DNA from: Mycolicibacterium smegmatis
GTDB taxonomy: Bacteria > Actinomycetota > Actinomycetes > Mycobacteriales > Mycobacteriaceae
Assembly (NCBI RefSeq): GCF_001457595.1
Contig: NZ_LN831039.1
Span: 2,340,001 to 2,372,000, forward strand
Direction of reading: 5' to 3'
DNA length: 32,000 nucleotides
The notes under the pieces were generated by a model. It saw only the letters and a list, made by a program, of their open reading frames with translations, did not search any database and was not told the origin of the DNA. The translations under genes and the position numbers were made by a program. Shown one piece after another: positions 1-7,404 of the stretch. How positions within the stretch are numbered: the first letter of the stretch is position 1; every line of letters begins with the position of its first letter.

Positions 1-1
1 C

Positions 2-322
2 ACCCAGATCTGGAATCACCGCCACCCGCTGCCCGCGCACGGCTTCGAGCCCGAACATCCGTGGCTGCTACGCTTTTTCGACCGCATCAGCTGGTATCCC
101 GTCTCGGCGGAAGAACTGCTGGACCTGCGTGCCGACATGGCGGCGGGCCGCGGCCACGTCGACATCACCGACGGGGTGTTCGCGCTCGCCGAGCACGACG
201 CGTTCCTCGCCGAGAACGCCGACGACATCGCCGCGACGCGCGCGACAATGGAAGCCGCGCGCGCCGAGGAACGTCAACGCTGGTCGGACGCAGGAGAATT
301 CGCACGAAAGGAATCCGCGTGA
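2..322 (+). CDS. C-terminal fragment (106 aa) of a urea carboxylase / 5-oxoprolinase-type carboxyltransferase (AHS2/KipA-like) protein; 5' end lies outside the window
   Basis: Frame 2 is open from the window edge: TQIWNHRHPLPAHGFEPEHPWLLRFFDRISWYPVSAEELLDLRADMAAGRGHVDITDGVFALAEHDAFLAENADDIAATRATMEAARAEERQRW... The PWLLRFFD..YPVS.EELL..R and FLAEN...I blocks match what I remember of the carboxyltransferase part of bacterial urea carboxylases. The TGA stop at 320-322 overlaps GTG 319 of the next gene (GTGA coupling). Confidence 0.5.
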   Translation, partial: TQIWNHRHPLPAHGFEPEHPWLLRFFDRISWYPVSAEELLDLRADMAAGRGHVDITDGVFALAEHDAFLAENADDIAATRATMEAARAEERQRWSDAGEFARKESA

Positions 323-1989
323 CGGGCAAGATCGACGAGATCTACCGCAGGATCGAGCAGAGCGGCCGGTCCGAGGTGTTCATCCACCTGCGGCCGCAGG
401 ACCAGGTGGAGGCCGACCACGCGTCCGCCACGAGTGGCCCGCTGGCCGGTCTGGTGCTCGCGGTCAAGGACAACGTCGACGTCGCCGGACTGCCCACCAC
501 CGCGGCCTGTCCGGGATACAGCTTCGTGCCCGACACCGACGCCCCCGTCGTGGCCGTCCTGAAGGCCGCGGGCGCTGTCGTCATCGGCAAGACCAACCTC
601 GACCAGTTCGCCACCGGCCTCGTCGGAACCCGCAGCCCCTACGGCCCGGTACGCAACGCCCAACGTCCCGAATACATCTCGGGCGGTTCGAGTTCCGGGT
701 CGGCCGTTGCGGTCGCACTCGGCTTCGCCGACATCGCGATCGGCACCGACACCGCAGGCTCCGGGCGTGTGCCCGCCGGACTGCAGGGCATCGTCGGTAT
801 CAAGCCGACCCTCGGCGTGGTCCCGAACACCGGTGTGGTGCCCGCGTGCGCGAGCTATGACTGCGTGACGATCTTCGCCGCCGACCTGCCGACCGCACAG
901 GCCGCGATGGGTGTCATGGCCACCGCCGAACCGCACCGCGCGTGGCCCGCCGATCTCATGTTGGCCGCGCCGCCTGCGCCCAGGGTCGCGGTGCCCGCGC
1001 AGGTGCCCGAACTCGACGTGGCGTGGCAGGCTGCGTTCACCGAGGCGGTGCAGCGCGCGCAGGCCGCCGGGTTCGAAACCGTGCCCATCGACATGACGCC
1101 GTTCTTCGCCGCGGCGGACCTGCTGTACAACGGGGCACTCGTGGCCGAACGATGGGACGCCGTCGGCGAATTCATCGAAAGCGCCGGGCCGGGCGCCGGG
1201 CTGGACCCGACCGTGTCGGCGATCATCAGCGCCGCGGGCAGGCACTCGGCCGCCGACCTGCTGCGCGACCGTCGCCGCGTCGAGCACCTCCGCGACGAGG
1301 CGTTCGCAGCCCTCGCGGGATGCGATGCGCTGTTGGTGCCCACCGCGCCCGAGCATCCGCGTATTGCCGACGTCGCCGCCGACCCGATCGGGGTGAACGC
1401 GCGCATGGGGCGGTTCACCAATTTCTGCAACCTGTTCGACATGTGTGCCATCGCGATCCCGGCGGGCACCACCTCCGACGGCGCGCAGTTCGGCATCACG
1501 CTGCTGGCGCCGGCGTTCGGTGATGCCGTCGTCGCCGATCTCGCGGCGCGTTTCCTCGCTGTGCCCGCCGCGGCGTCGTGGGCTGAGGCCGCCACGGAGG
1601 TCACCGAGATCGCCGTGTTCGGAGCGCATCTGCGTGGGCAACCGCTGGAGCACGAGCTCACCGGACGCGGTGCGCGCTGGGGCGGGCCGGTGGTCACCGC
1701 GCCGCACTACCGGCTGTTCGCCCTCGACACCGAGCCCCCCAAACCGGGCCTGGTGCGCGTCGACAGCGACGGATCCGCGATCGAGGGGGAGCGGTGGGTG
1801 CTCTCACCCGCGGCACTCGGTGAGTTCCTCGCCGAACTGCCCGCCCCGATGCTGCTCGGCAAGGTCGAGTTGAGCGACGGCCGTTGGGTGACGGGTTTCG
1901 GCTGCGACCATGCCGCGCCTGCACACGGCCGCGACATCACGGAGTTCGGCGGGTGGCTCCGGGCCCAGTCGGCCCTTTCGGCTCGATAG
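319..1989 (+). CDS. Allophanate hydrolase (amidase-signature domain plus AtzF-type C-terminal domain), 556 aa
   Basis: Amidase signature: VKDNVDVAGLPTTAACP (catalytic Lys context) and GGSSSGSAVAVALGF. The C-terminal block IAVFGAHLRGQPLEHELT...APHYRLFAL is typical of the allophanate hydrolase C-domain. ORF 61..1989 is trimmed to GTG 319, which overlaps the upstream stop. The stretch before it is Arg-rich and not protein-like. Confidence 0.9.
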   Translation: MTGKIDEIYRRIEQSGRSEVFIHLRPQDQVEADHASATSGPLAGLVLAVKDNVDVAGLPTTAACPGYSFVPDTDAPVVAVLKAAGAVVIGKTNLDQFATGLVGTRSPYGPVRNAQRPEYISGGSSSGSAVAVALGFADIAIGTDTAGSGRVPAGLQGIVGIKPTLGVVPNTGVVPACASYDCVTIFAADLPTAQAAMGVMATAEPHRAWPADLMLAAPPAPRVAVPAQVPELDVAWQAAFTEAVQRAQAAGFETVPIDMTPFFAAADLLYNGALVAERWDAVGEFIESAGPGAGLDPTVSAIISAAGRHSAADLLRDRRRVEHLRDEAFAALAGCDALLVPTAPEHPRIADVAADPIGVNARMGRFTNFCNLFDMCAIAIPAGTTSDGAQFGITLLAPAFGDAVVADLAARFLAVPAAASWAEAATEVTEIAVFGAHLRGQPLEHELTGRGARWGGPVVTAPHYRLFALDTEPPKPGLVRVDSDGSAIEGERWVLSPAALGEFLAELPAPMLLGKVELSDGRWVTGFGCDHAAPAHGRDITEFGGWLRAQSALSAR

Positions 1990-2929
1990 GCTCTATAGCC
2001 TCTATAGGCTCCGCGAGTGTGAACTGGCTGCGAGAATCCGGCTGATTTTTCGCAGAGGTTTCACGCTCGCGGTTGCCGTGCGTGGCCTTGCGCGTCGCCA
2101 GCACGGAACCGGACAGGATCAGCACCAGACCGGCGATGTTGTACGCCGTGAGCGGCTCACCCAGCACGATCACGCCCGCCGCCAGGGCGACCGCGGGGTT
2201 GACGTAGGTGAACACCAGCGCGCGGGCCGCGCCCACCTCGCGGATGAGCGCGAAGAACACGATGAAGGCCAGCGCCGTGCACACCACGGCGAGTGCGGCC
2301 AGCGCCGCCAGAACGCGCGTCGACGGCATCGCGTCGGGCCAGGTGAGCGCGGCCGGGGTGGTGTAGATCAGCGCCGCGACGGTCAGGCACGCCGCGGTCA
2401 TCGGCAGGCTGGGAACCTCACCGAGGAAGCGCGCCGCCACCAGCGGAGCGATCGCGTAACACGTTGCGACCAGCAGCACTTCGAGAACGGGCCACACGTG
2501 ACCGCCCGCCAGGCCCGGGCCGGCGAGCACCGCGACACCCGACAGGCCCACGAACAGCCCGGCGACGCGCTTGACACCCAGTCGCTCACCGCCCGTGATC
2601 CGGTCGAGCACCGCGGCGATGATCGGGGCGGCCGCGATCAGGAGTCCGGTCATGGAACTCGTCAGGTGCCGTTCGGCGTCCGTCAGAAGCGCCCACGCCG
2701 CGATGATCTCGAAGAACGCGAACACCAGCACGGGTTTCCAGTGGCGTAGCACCGGGGCCCACGCCGCGCGGGACATCGCCAGCGGCAACAACACCAGGGC
2801 ACCGACCGCCGTGCGGGCGAGCACCAGCACGGGCACCGAGACGCCCTCGACCGCGACCTTGATCAGCAGGTAGGGGATGCCCCAGATGACGCTCATCGCA
2901 CCGAACAGCACCCACCCCCGCACGCTCAC
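1937..2929 (-). CDS. EamA/DMT-family membrane transporter (330 aa)
   Basis: Very hydrophobic, with about 10 predicted helices in two halves. The N-terminus VLFGAMSVIWGIPYLLIKVAV and the second half LLVATCYAIAPLVA...LALIREVGAARALVFTYVNPAVALAAGVIVLGE fit a duplicated EamA domain. The start is GTG 2929 (GTG 2923 also possible). The 3' end overlaps the allophanate hydrolase 3' end by 53 nt. Confidence 0.85.
   Translation of the reverse strand: MSVRGWVLFGAMSVIWGIPYLLIKVAVEGVSVPVLVLARTAVGALVLLPLAMSRAAWAPVLRHWKPVLVFAFFEIIAAWALLTDAERHLTSSMTGLLIAAAPIIAAVLDRITGGERLGVKRVAGLFVGLSGVAVLAGPGLAGGHVWPVLEVLLVATCYAIAPLVAARFLGEVPSLPMTAACLTVAALIYTTPAALTWPDAMPSTRVLAALAALAVVCTALAFIVFFALIREVGAARALVFTYVNPAVALAAGVIVLGEPLTAYNIAGLVLILSGSVLATRKATHGNRERETSAKNQPDSRSQFTLAEPIEAIEPIEPKGPTGPGATRRTP
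1983..2009. repeat. Three tandem 9-nt units (TCGATAGGC / TCTATAGCC / TCTATAGGC) at the convergent overlap of two genes
   Basis: Read directly from the sequence. The units can form AGGCT-CTAT-AGCCT and AGCCT-CTAT-AGGCT mini-hairpins. On the minus strand they encode the EPIEAIEPIE tail of the EamA protein. Confidence 0.6.
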
Positions 2930-2980
2930 CTGTCCACCGTACGAGGGTCGTCAATCAGGTTTACCGGCGAACCCGGCCGG

Positions 2981-4123
2981 CTACGGCCTGGTGAGCTCGG
3001 CGTACCGGCTGACGTGCGCGGCGGTCGAACCGTACTCGTACTGCAGCGCGGTGAGCCGCTTGAAGTAGTGGCCGATCGCGAGTTCCTCGGTCATACCCAT
3101 GCCGCCGTGCAGCTGCACCGCGTTCTGGCCGACGAAGCGCGCGGCCCGGCCCACCGTGGCCTTGGCAGCCGAGACGGCCTTGGCGCGCGTGACCGCATCG
3201 GAGTCGAGGTTGAGCACCGCGAGGTACATCGCGGCCGACGCCTGTTCGACCTCCATGTGCATGTCGACCATGCGGTGCTGCAGGGCCTGGAAGCTGCCGA
3301 TCGGCTGGCCGAACTGCTGGCGCTGCTTGCAGTACTCGACGGTGTCGGCGAGCACCTTGCGCATGCCGCCGACGGCTTCGGCGCACACCGCGGCGGCGCC
3401 TTCGTCGCGCGCGAGTTCCAGCGACGGCCCGGCCTGCCCCTCGGGCCCCAGCAACGCCGACGCGGGCAGTCGCAGCCCGTCGAACTCCAGATCCGAGGCC
3501 CTGCGGTCGTCGACCGTGCGGTAGTGGTGCGCGGTGAATCCGCTTCCCGCCGAGGCGGTCTCGACGAGGAACAGGGATATCCCGTCCTTGTCGGTCGTGT
3601 CGCCGGAGGTCCGCGCGGTCACCAGCAGATGCGTCGCGAACAGCGCGTTGACCACGACGATCTTCGAGCCGTCGAGCACCCACTCGTCACCGTCGCGGCG
3701 CGCCGTGGTCTCGACGCTGTACCAGTTGTCCCCGGACGTCGGTTCGGTCGCGGCCACCGCAACGACGGCCGCTCCACCGACGAGGTCCTCCAGCACGTTC
3801 TGCGCGGCATCACCGCCCGCGCGCTGCAGCAGGCCGCCCGCGACGACGACGGTGTCGACGAAGGGTTCGATGACCAGCGCGTGGCCCAGCGCCTCGGCGA
3901 TCACCATCGCCTCGACCGCACCGCCACCGATTCCGCCGGACTCCTCGGGCAGCGTCGCCCCCAGAATGCCCAGCTCTTCGGCGAATCCACGCCAGATGTC
4001 GGGTTGCCAGCCCTCGCCGAGTTTGGCCGCGGCCCGGCTGGTCTGCAGGTCGTAACGGCTCGACAGGAACTTGGTGAGCCCGTCGCGCAGCAGTTCCTGT
4101 TCCTTGGTCAGGTTGAAGTCCAT
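2981..4123 (-). CDS. Acyl-CoA dehydrogenase family protein, non-canonical (beta-like) subunit, 380 aa
   Basis: MDFNLTKEQELLRDGL..., ACAD middle domain (GDEWVLDGSKIVV) and C-terminal helical domain (QRQQFGQPIGSFQALQHRMVDM...). The C-terminus reads LQYEYGSTAAHVSRY instead of the canonical YEGTxEIQ. ORF 2981..4246 is trimmed to ATG 4123. Confidence 0.85.
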   Translation of the reverse strand: MDFNLTKEQELLRDGLTKFLSSRYDLQTSRAAAKLGEGWQPDIWRGFAEELGILGATLPEESGGIGGGAVEAMVIAEALGHALVIEPFVDTVVVAGGLLQRAGGDAAQNVLEDLVGGAAVVAVAATEPTSGDNWYSVETTARRDGDEWVLDGSKIVVVNALFATHLLVTARTSGDTTDKDGISLFLVETASAGSGFTAHHYRTVDDRRASDLEFDGLRLPASALLGPEGQAGPSLELARDEGAAAVCAEAVGGMRKVLADTVEYCKQRQQFGQPIGSFQALQHRMVDMHMEVEQASAAMYLAVLNLDSDAVTRAKAVSAAKATVGRAARFVGQNAVQLHGGMGMTEELAIGHYFKRLTALQYEYGSTAAHVSRYAELTRP

Positions 4124-4134
4124 CAGTGTTCCCG

Positions 4135-5367
4135 TCAGAGTCCGAGGGCCGCTTTGGCGAGGATGTTCCGCTGAATCTCGTTGCTGCCGGCGTAGATCGA
4201 CCCGGCGCGGTCGTTGAAGTAGCGCAGCGGTGCGACGGCCTGCCACGGTTCACCGCTGACATAACCGTCGGCGGGCGGCTCGAACTCGGCGACCGGACCA
4301 CCCGGACGCGTCGCGTGCGGCTGGTAGGCGCGGCCGCGTGGACCGGCGGCCTCCATCGACAGCTCGGTGAGAATCTGGCTCAGCTCGGTGCTGAGCACCT
4401 TGAGCATCGACGACGCGGTGCCGGGATTGCGGCCCTCGGCGACCGCCGCGAGCACCTGGTACTCCAGGATCTCCAGGACGTCGGTGCGGATGCGGGCGTC
4501 GGCGAGCTTGCGGCTGAACGCCGGATCGTCGATCAGCCGCCCCCCGGACGGGCCCGGCTGCCGCGCGGCCACGGTCGCGATCTCCTCGCCGAGCACCTGC
4601 AGCGCGGGTGAGGATGCGCCGCCGCCGCGTTCGAACTCCAGCAGGTACTTGGCGACGGTCCAGCCGTCGTCGATGGCGCCGATGACGTTCTTCTTCGGCA
4701 CCCGCACCTCGTCGAAGAACACCTGGTTCTGCACCTCTTCACCCGAGGTCATCACCAGGGGGCGGATCTGGATACCGGGCGAGGTCATGTCGATCAACAC
4801 GAACGTGATGCCCTGCTGCTTCTTGGCACCGCGGGTGGTGCGCACGAGCGCGAACATCCAGTTCGCTTCCTGCGCATGCGTGGTCCAGATCTTGCTGCCG
4901 GTGCAGACCAGGTCGTCTCCGTCGGAGACCGCGCTCATCGACAGCGCCGCGAGGTCCGAACCGGCCTCGGGTTCGGAGTAGCCCTGGCAGAAGAACACCT
5001 CGCCGGTCAGGATGCGGGGGAGGAAGTAGGACTTCTGCTCCTCGGTGCCGAACTTGATGATGGCGTGCGCCACCATGCGGATGCCCATCGGGGACAGCGC
5101 CGGTGCGCCGGCGAGCGTGGACTCGCGGCTGAAGATGTAGTGCTGCGTCAGGCTCCAGTCGCAGCCGCCGTGCTCGACCGGCCACGCCGGGGCCGCCCAT
5201 CCGCGTTCGTGCAGGATGCGCTGCCATTCCATGCTCGCTTCGTGCTCGGAGTACACGCTCGTCTGGAGCCGTCCCGCCTCGCGGAGGTCGGGTGTCAGTT
5301 TCTCCGCGAGGAAGCCGCGCACCTCGTCGCGGAACTCCTGGTCGGTTTTCGACCATTTCAGGTCCAT
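4135..5367 (-). CDS. Acyl-CoA dehydrogenase family protein (alpha-like subunit), 410 aa
   Basis: MDLKWSKTDQEFRDEVRGFL..., FCQGYSEPEAGSDLAAL, LVCTGSKIWTTHAQ. The C-terminus SIYAGSNEIQRNILAKAALGL has Ala where the MCAD-type catalytic Glu sits. It lies 11 nt upstream of the second ACAD on the same strand. Confidence 0.9.
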   Translation of the reverse strand: MDLKWSKTDQEFRDEVRGFLAEKLTPDLREAGRLQTSVYSEHEASMEWQRILHERGWAAPAWPVEHGGCDWSLTQHYIFSRESTLAGAPALSPMGIRMVAHAIIKFGTEEQKSYFLPRILTGEVFFCQGYSEPEAGSDLAALSMSAVSDGDDLVCTGSKIWTTHAQEANWMFALVRTTRGAKKQQGITFVLIDMTSPGIQIRPLVMTSGEEVQNQVFFDEVRVPKKNVIGAIDDGWTVAKYLLEFERGGGASSPALQVLGEEIATVAARQPGPSGGRLIDDPAFSRKLADARIRTDVLEILEYQVLAAVAEGRNPGTASSMLKVLSTELSQILTELSMEAAGPRGRAYQPHATRPGGPVAEFEPPADGYVSGEPWQAVAPLRYFNDRAGSIYAGSNEIQRNILAKAALGL

Positions 5368-5539
5368 GCCTGCCCCTGTCTGCCGATGTAGCCTCCACAG
5401 AGTAAACCTAGTTAGTCAAGTGACGTGGACCACCCCGAGATGTTCACGGCAGCCGAGCCGGTGGTTGGTAACCCGTGGCGATGTCGGGCACTATCGACAC
5501 GTGGAGCGGCGACAGAGCGACGAGCAACCCCGATCGCCC

Positions 5540-5902
5540 ATGGAGCTGCTGCAGCAGATGCCCGCGCTCGTGGTGCTCGAGCGGTTTCCGGTGCCGGTGC
5601 TCGCGATCGCCGAGGACGGTTCGATCCTGTTCGCCAACAGCGCGTTTGCCGAGATGGTGGGACGCAGCACCGACGACGTGAAGGCCCTGCCGTTCGCCGA
5701 GATCTTCCACTCGCTGCCCGCCGACGATTCGGCGGTGTCCGTGATGCGCGCCCATGCCGACCTGGTCGTCGAACTCAAGCACGACGACGGCTCGATCGTG
5801 CGGGCGCTGATGAGCAAGTCGGCGCTTCTGCGCGGCGACGATCCGGTCGCGCTCGCGTGCTTCCAGGACCTCACCGAGAAGCTGTGGACCGAGGAACTCT
5901 GA
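5540..5902 (+). CDS. Small stand-alone PAS-domain protein (about 120 aa); start uncertain
   Basis: VLERFPVPVLAIAEDGSILFANSAFAEMVGRSTDDVKALPFAEIF...DGSIVRALMSKSALL is a typical PAS core with no output domain. The in-frame stretch upstream of ATG 5540 is Arg/Ser/Cys-rich and runs antisense into the ACAD gene, so it was trimmed. GTG 5501 and ATG 5558 are alternative starts. No clear SD. Confidence 0.6.
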   Translation: MELLQQMPALVVLERFPVPVLAIAEDGSILFANSAFAEMVGRSTDDVKALPFAEIFHSLPADDSAVSVMRAHADLVVELKHDDGSIVRALMSKSALLRGDDPVALACFQDLTEKLWTEEL

Positions 5903-5919
5903 ATTCTCAGAAAGACCAC

Positions 5920-5956
5920 TTGACCCTCACGCGGCGTGAGGCGCCAGCCTTGTCAC
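5920..5956 (+). promoter_or_regulatory. MerR-type promoter/operator. Candidate -35 TTGACC (5920-5925), 19-nt spacer holding the palindrome CCTCACG-cgg-CGTGAGG (5925-5941), candidate -10 CAGCCT (5945-5950), then ATG 6 nt downstream (leaderless-like)
   Basis: Read directly. A dyad inside an over-long 19-nt spacer is the hallmark of MerR/TipA-type autoregulated promoters. A -10 element 6 nt before the start codon fits a leaderless mycobacterial mRNA. The -10 matches TANNNT only at A2 and T6. Confidence 0.45.
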
Positions 5957-6748
5957 ATGACGCAGGAGTTGCCGGTGGAGGAACTCACGGTCGGTGAGGT
6001 CGCCAAGCGATTTCGCATCACGGTGCGCACCCTTCACCACTACGACGAGATCGGGTTGCTGAGCCCCAGCCGGCGTGTGACCTCGGGTTACCGGGTCTAC
6101 ACGCCGGCCGACCTGACACGGCTGTCGCAGATCATCGTGTACCGCCGGCTCGAGTTCTCGCTCGACGAGATCGCGAGCCTGCTCGACGAGGGTGATGCGG
6201 TCAGCCACCTGCTCCGTCAGCGAGAACGCGTCATGGCACGCCTCGGCGAGATGAAGGACCTCGTCGCGGCCATCGATCAGGCATTGGAGAAGGCGATGAC
6301 CAACACCCCCATGACCGACGACGACATGCGTGAACTGTTCGGCGAGGGCTTCGACGACTACCAGGCCGAGGCCGAGCGCAAGTTCGGTGACACGGCCGAG
6401 TGGAAGGAATCCCAGCGGCGGACGAAGTCCTACAGCAAGGGGCAGTGGATCCAGCTCAAGGACGAGGGGGAAGCGGTGGAGAAGGCCCTGGCGGACGCCT
6501 TCCGAGGTGGGCTCGCACCCGACTCCGAAGTGGCCATGGACGCCGCCGAACAGCACCGGCTGCACGTGAACCGCTGGTTCTACGACTGCCCGCCCGATTT
6601 TCACCGCAAGCTGGGCGACATGTACGTCAGCGACCCGGCGTACGTCGCACGGTACGACGAATCCTTCGGGCTTCCCGGACTTGCCGCGTTCTGTCGCGAC
6701 GCCATCCATGCGAACGCCGACCGTGCGGGCGGCGATGTGACCGGCTAA
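5957..6748 (+). CDS. MerR-family transcriptional regulator with a TipAS-like C-terminal effector domain (263 aa)
   Basis: N-terminal HTH LTVGEVAKRFRITVRTLHHYDEIGLLSPSRRVTSGYRVYTPADLTRLSQIIVYRRLEFSLDEI. C-terminal HRLHVNRWFYDCPPDFHRKLGDMYVSDPAYVARYD...AAFCRDAI resembles TipAS/Mta-type antibiotic-recognition domains. Confidence 0.85.
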   Translation: MTQELPVEELTVGEVAKRFRITVRTLHHYDEIGLLSPSRRVTSGYRVYTPADLTRLSQIIVYRRLEFSLDEIASLLDEGDAVSHLLRQRERVMARLGEMKDLVAAIDQALEKAMTNTPMTDDDMRELFGEGFDDYQAEAERKFGDTAEWKESQRRTKSYSKGQWIQLKDEGEAVEKALADAFRGGLAPDSEVAMDAAEQHRLHVNRWFYDCPPDFHRKLGDMYVSDPAYVARYDESFGLPGLAAFCRDAIHANADRAGGDVTG

Positions 6749-7398
6749 TCGGTGCCGGGGGAGCGCCGCATGGATTCGCGTGCGAGGAACTCGCGGAAGT
6801 AGTCGAGGGATGCGGGCTCGACCAGGGCCGGCAGCAGCAGGTCCCAGGTGCGGACGAGGCGTTCGCGAAGATCCGTGCCGGACGTGCCTGCACGGGTCAG
6901 CGCCTCGGCGCCGAGCAGCGCCGACAGGACCACGTCGGCCACGGCCCCGGGATCCAGACCTTCACGCAGGTCACCTTCAGCAGCGGCGCGGTGTAGCTGT
7001 GCCGAGATCGCATCGAGCCAGCTCGCATACACGCGTGCGGTCGTGTCGTTGATACCCGCGAAGGTCTGCAAGAGGTGAAGGCCGATGTCGGCGACCCGGT
7101 CGGTGCGGGTGAAGTCGCACACCACGAACAGTCCGTGGATGAGGTTCTCCAGCGCCGGGGACGACGTTTCGGTGATGTTCTGGAAGGCCGCGAGCATGCT
7201 TGCCCCACTTTCGGCGATGATGGCCTCGGCGAGGGCCTCCTTGGAGTCGAAGTGGTAGTACAGCGCACCCTTGGTCATGTCGGCGCGCTCGATGATCTCG
7301 CCCAATCCGGTTGCCGGATAGCCGATTTCAGCGAAAAGGTCGACGGCGGCGGTGATGATCTTGCGTCGGGTGACACCGGCGCGGGCTTGACGTGCCAC
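6745..7398 (-). CDS. TetR-family regulator, ScbR/ArpA-like (autoregulator-receptor-like) subtype, 217 aa
   Basis: MARQARAGVTRRKIITAAVDLFAEIGYPATGLGEIIERADMTKGALYYHFDSKEALAEAII aligns by eye almost residue-for-residue with the N-terminus I remember for ScbR (MAKQDRAIRTRQTILDAAAQVFEKQGY...ITEIL..AGVTKGALYFHFQSKEELA). GTG start 7398 lies 6 nt after the upstream TetR stop. Confidence 0.9.
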   Translation of the reverse strand: MARQARAGVTRRKIITAAVDLFAEIGYPATGLGEIIERADMTKGALYYHFDSKEALAEAIIAESGASMLAAFQNITETSSPALENLIHGLFVVCDFTRTDRVADIGLHLLQTFAGINDTTARVYASWLDAISAQLHRAAAEGDLREGLDPGAVADVVLSALLGAEALTRAGTSGTDLRERLVRTWDLLLPALVEPASLDYFREFLARESMRRSPGTD

Positions 7399-7404
7399 GA
7401 GCGG

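Noticed and set aside
274-1707. Long antisense or out-of-frame ORFs throughout the track (for example 274..1707 -, 3014..4174 +, 7075..8214 +, 14808..16217 -, 16455..17555 -, 21243..22193 -, 22492..24366 -, 24555..25775 -)
   Set aside because: These are shadow ORFs typical of high-GC DNA. The translations are Arg/Gly/Pro/His-rich with no recognisable domains, and each overlaps a well-supported gene on the other strand or frame.
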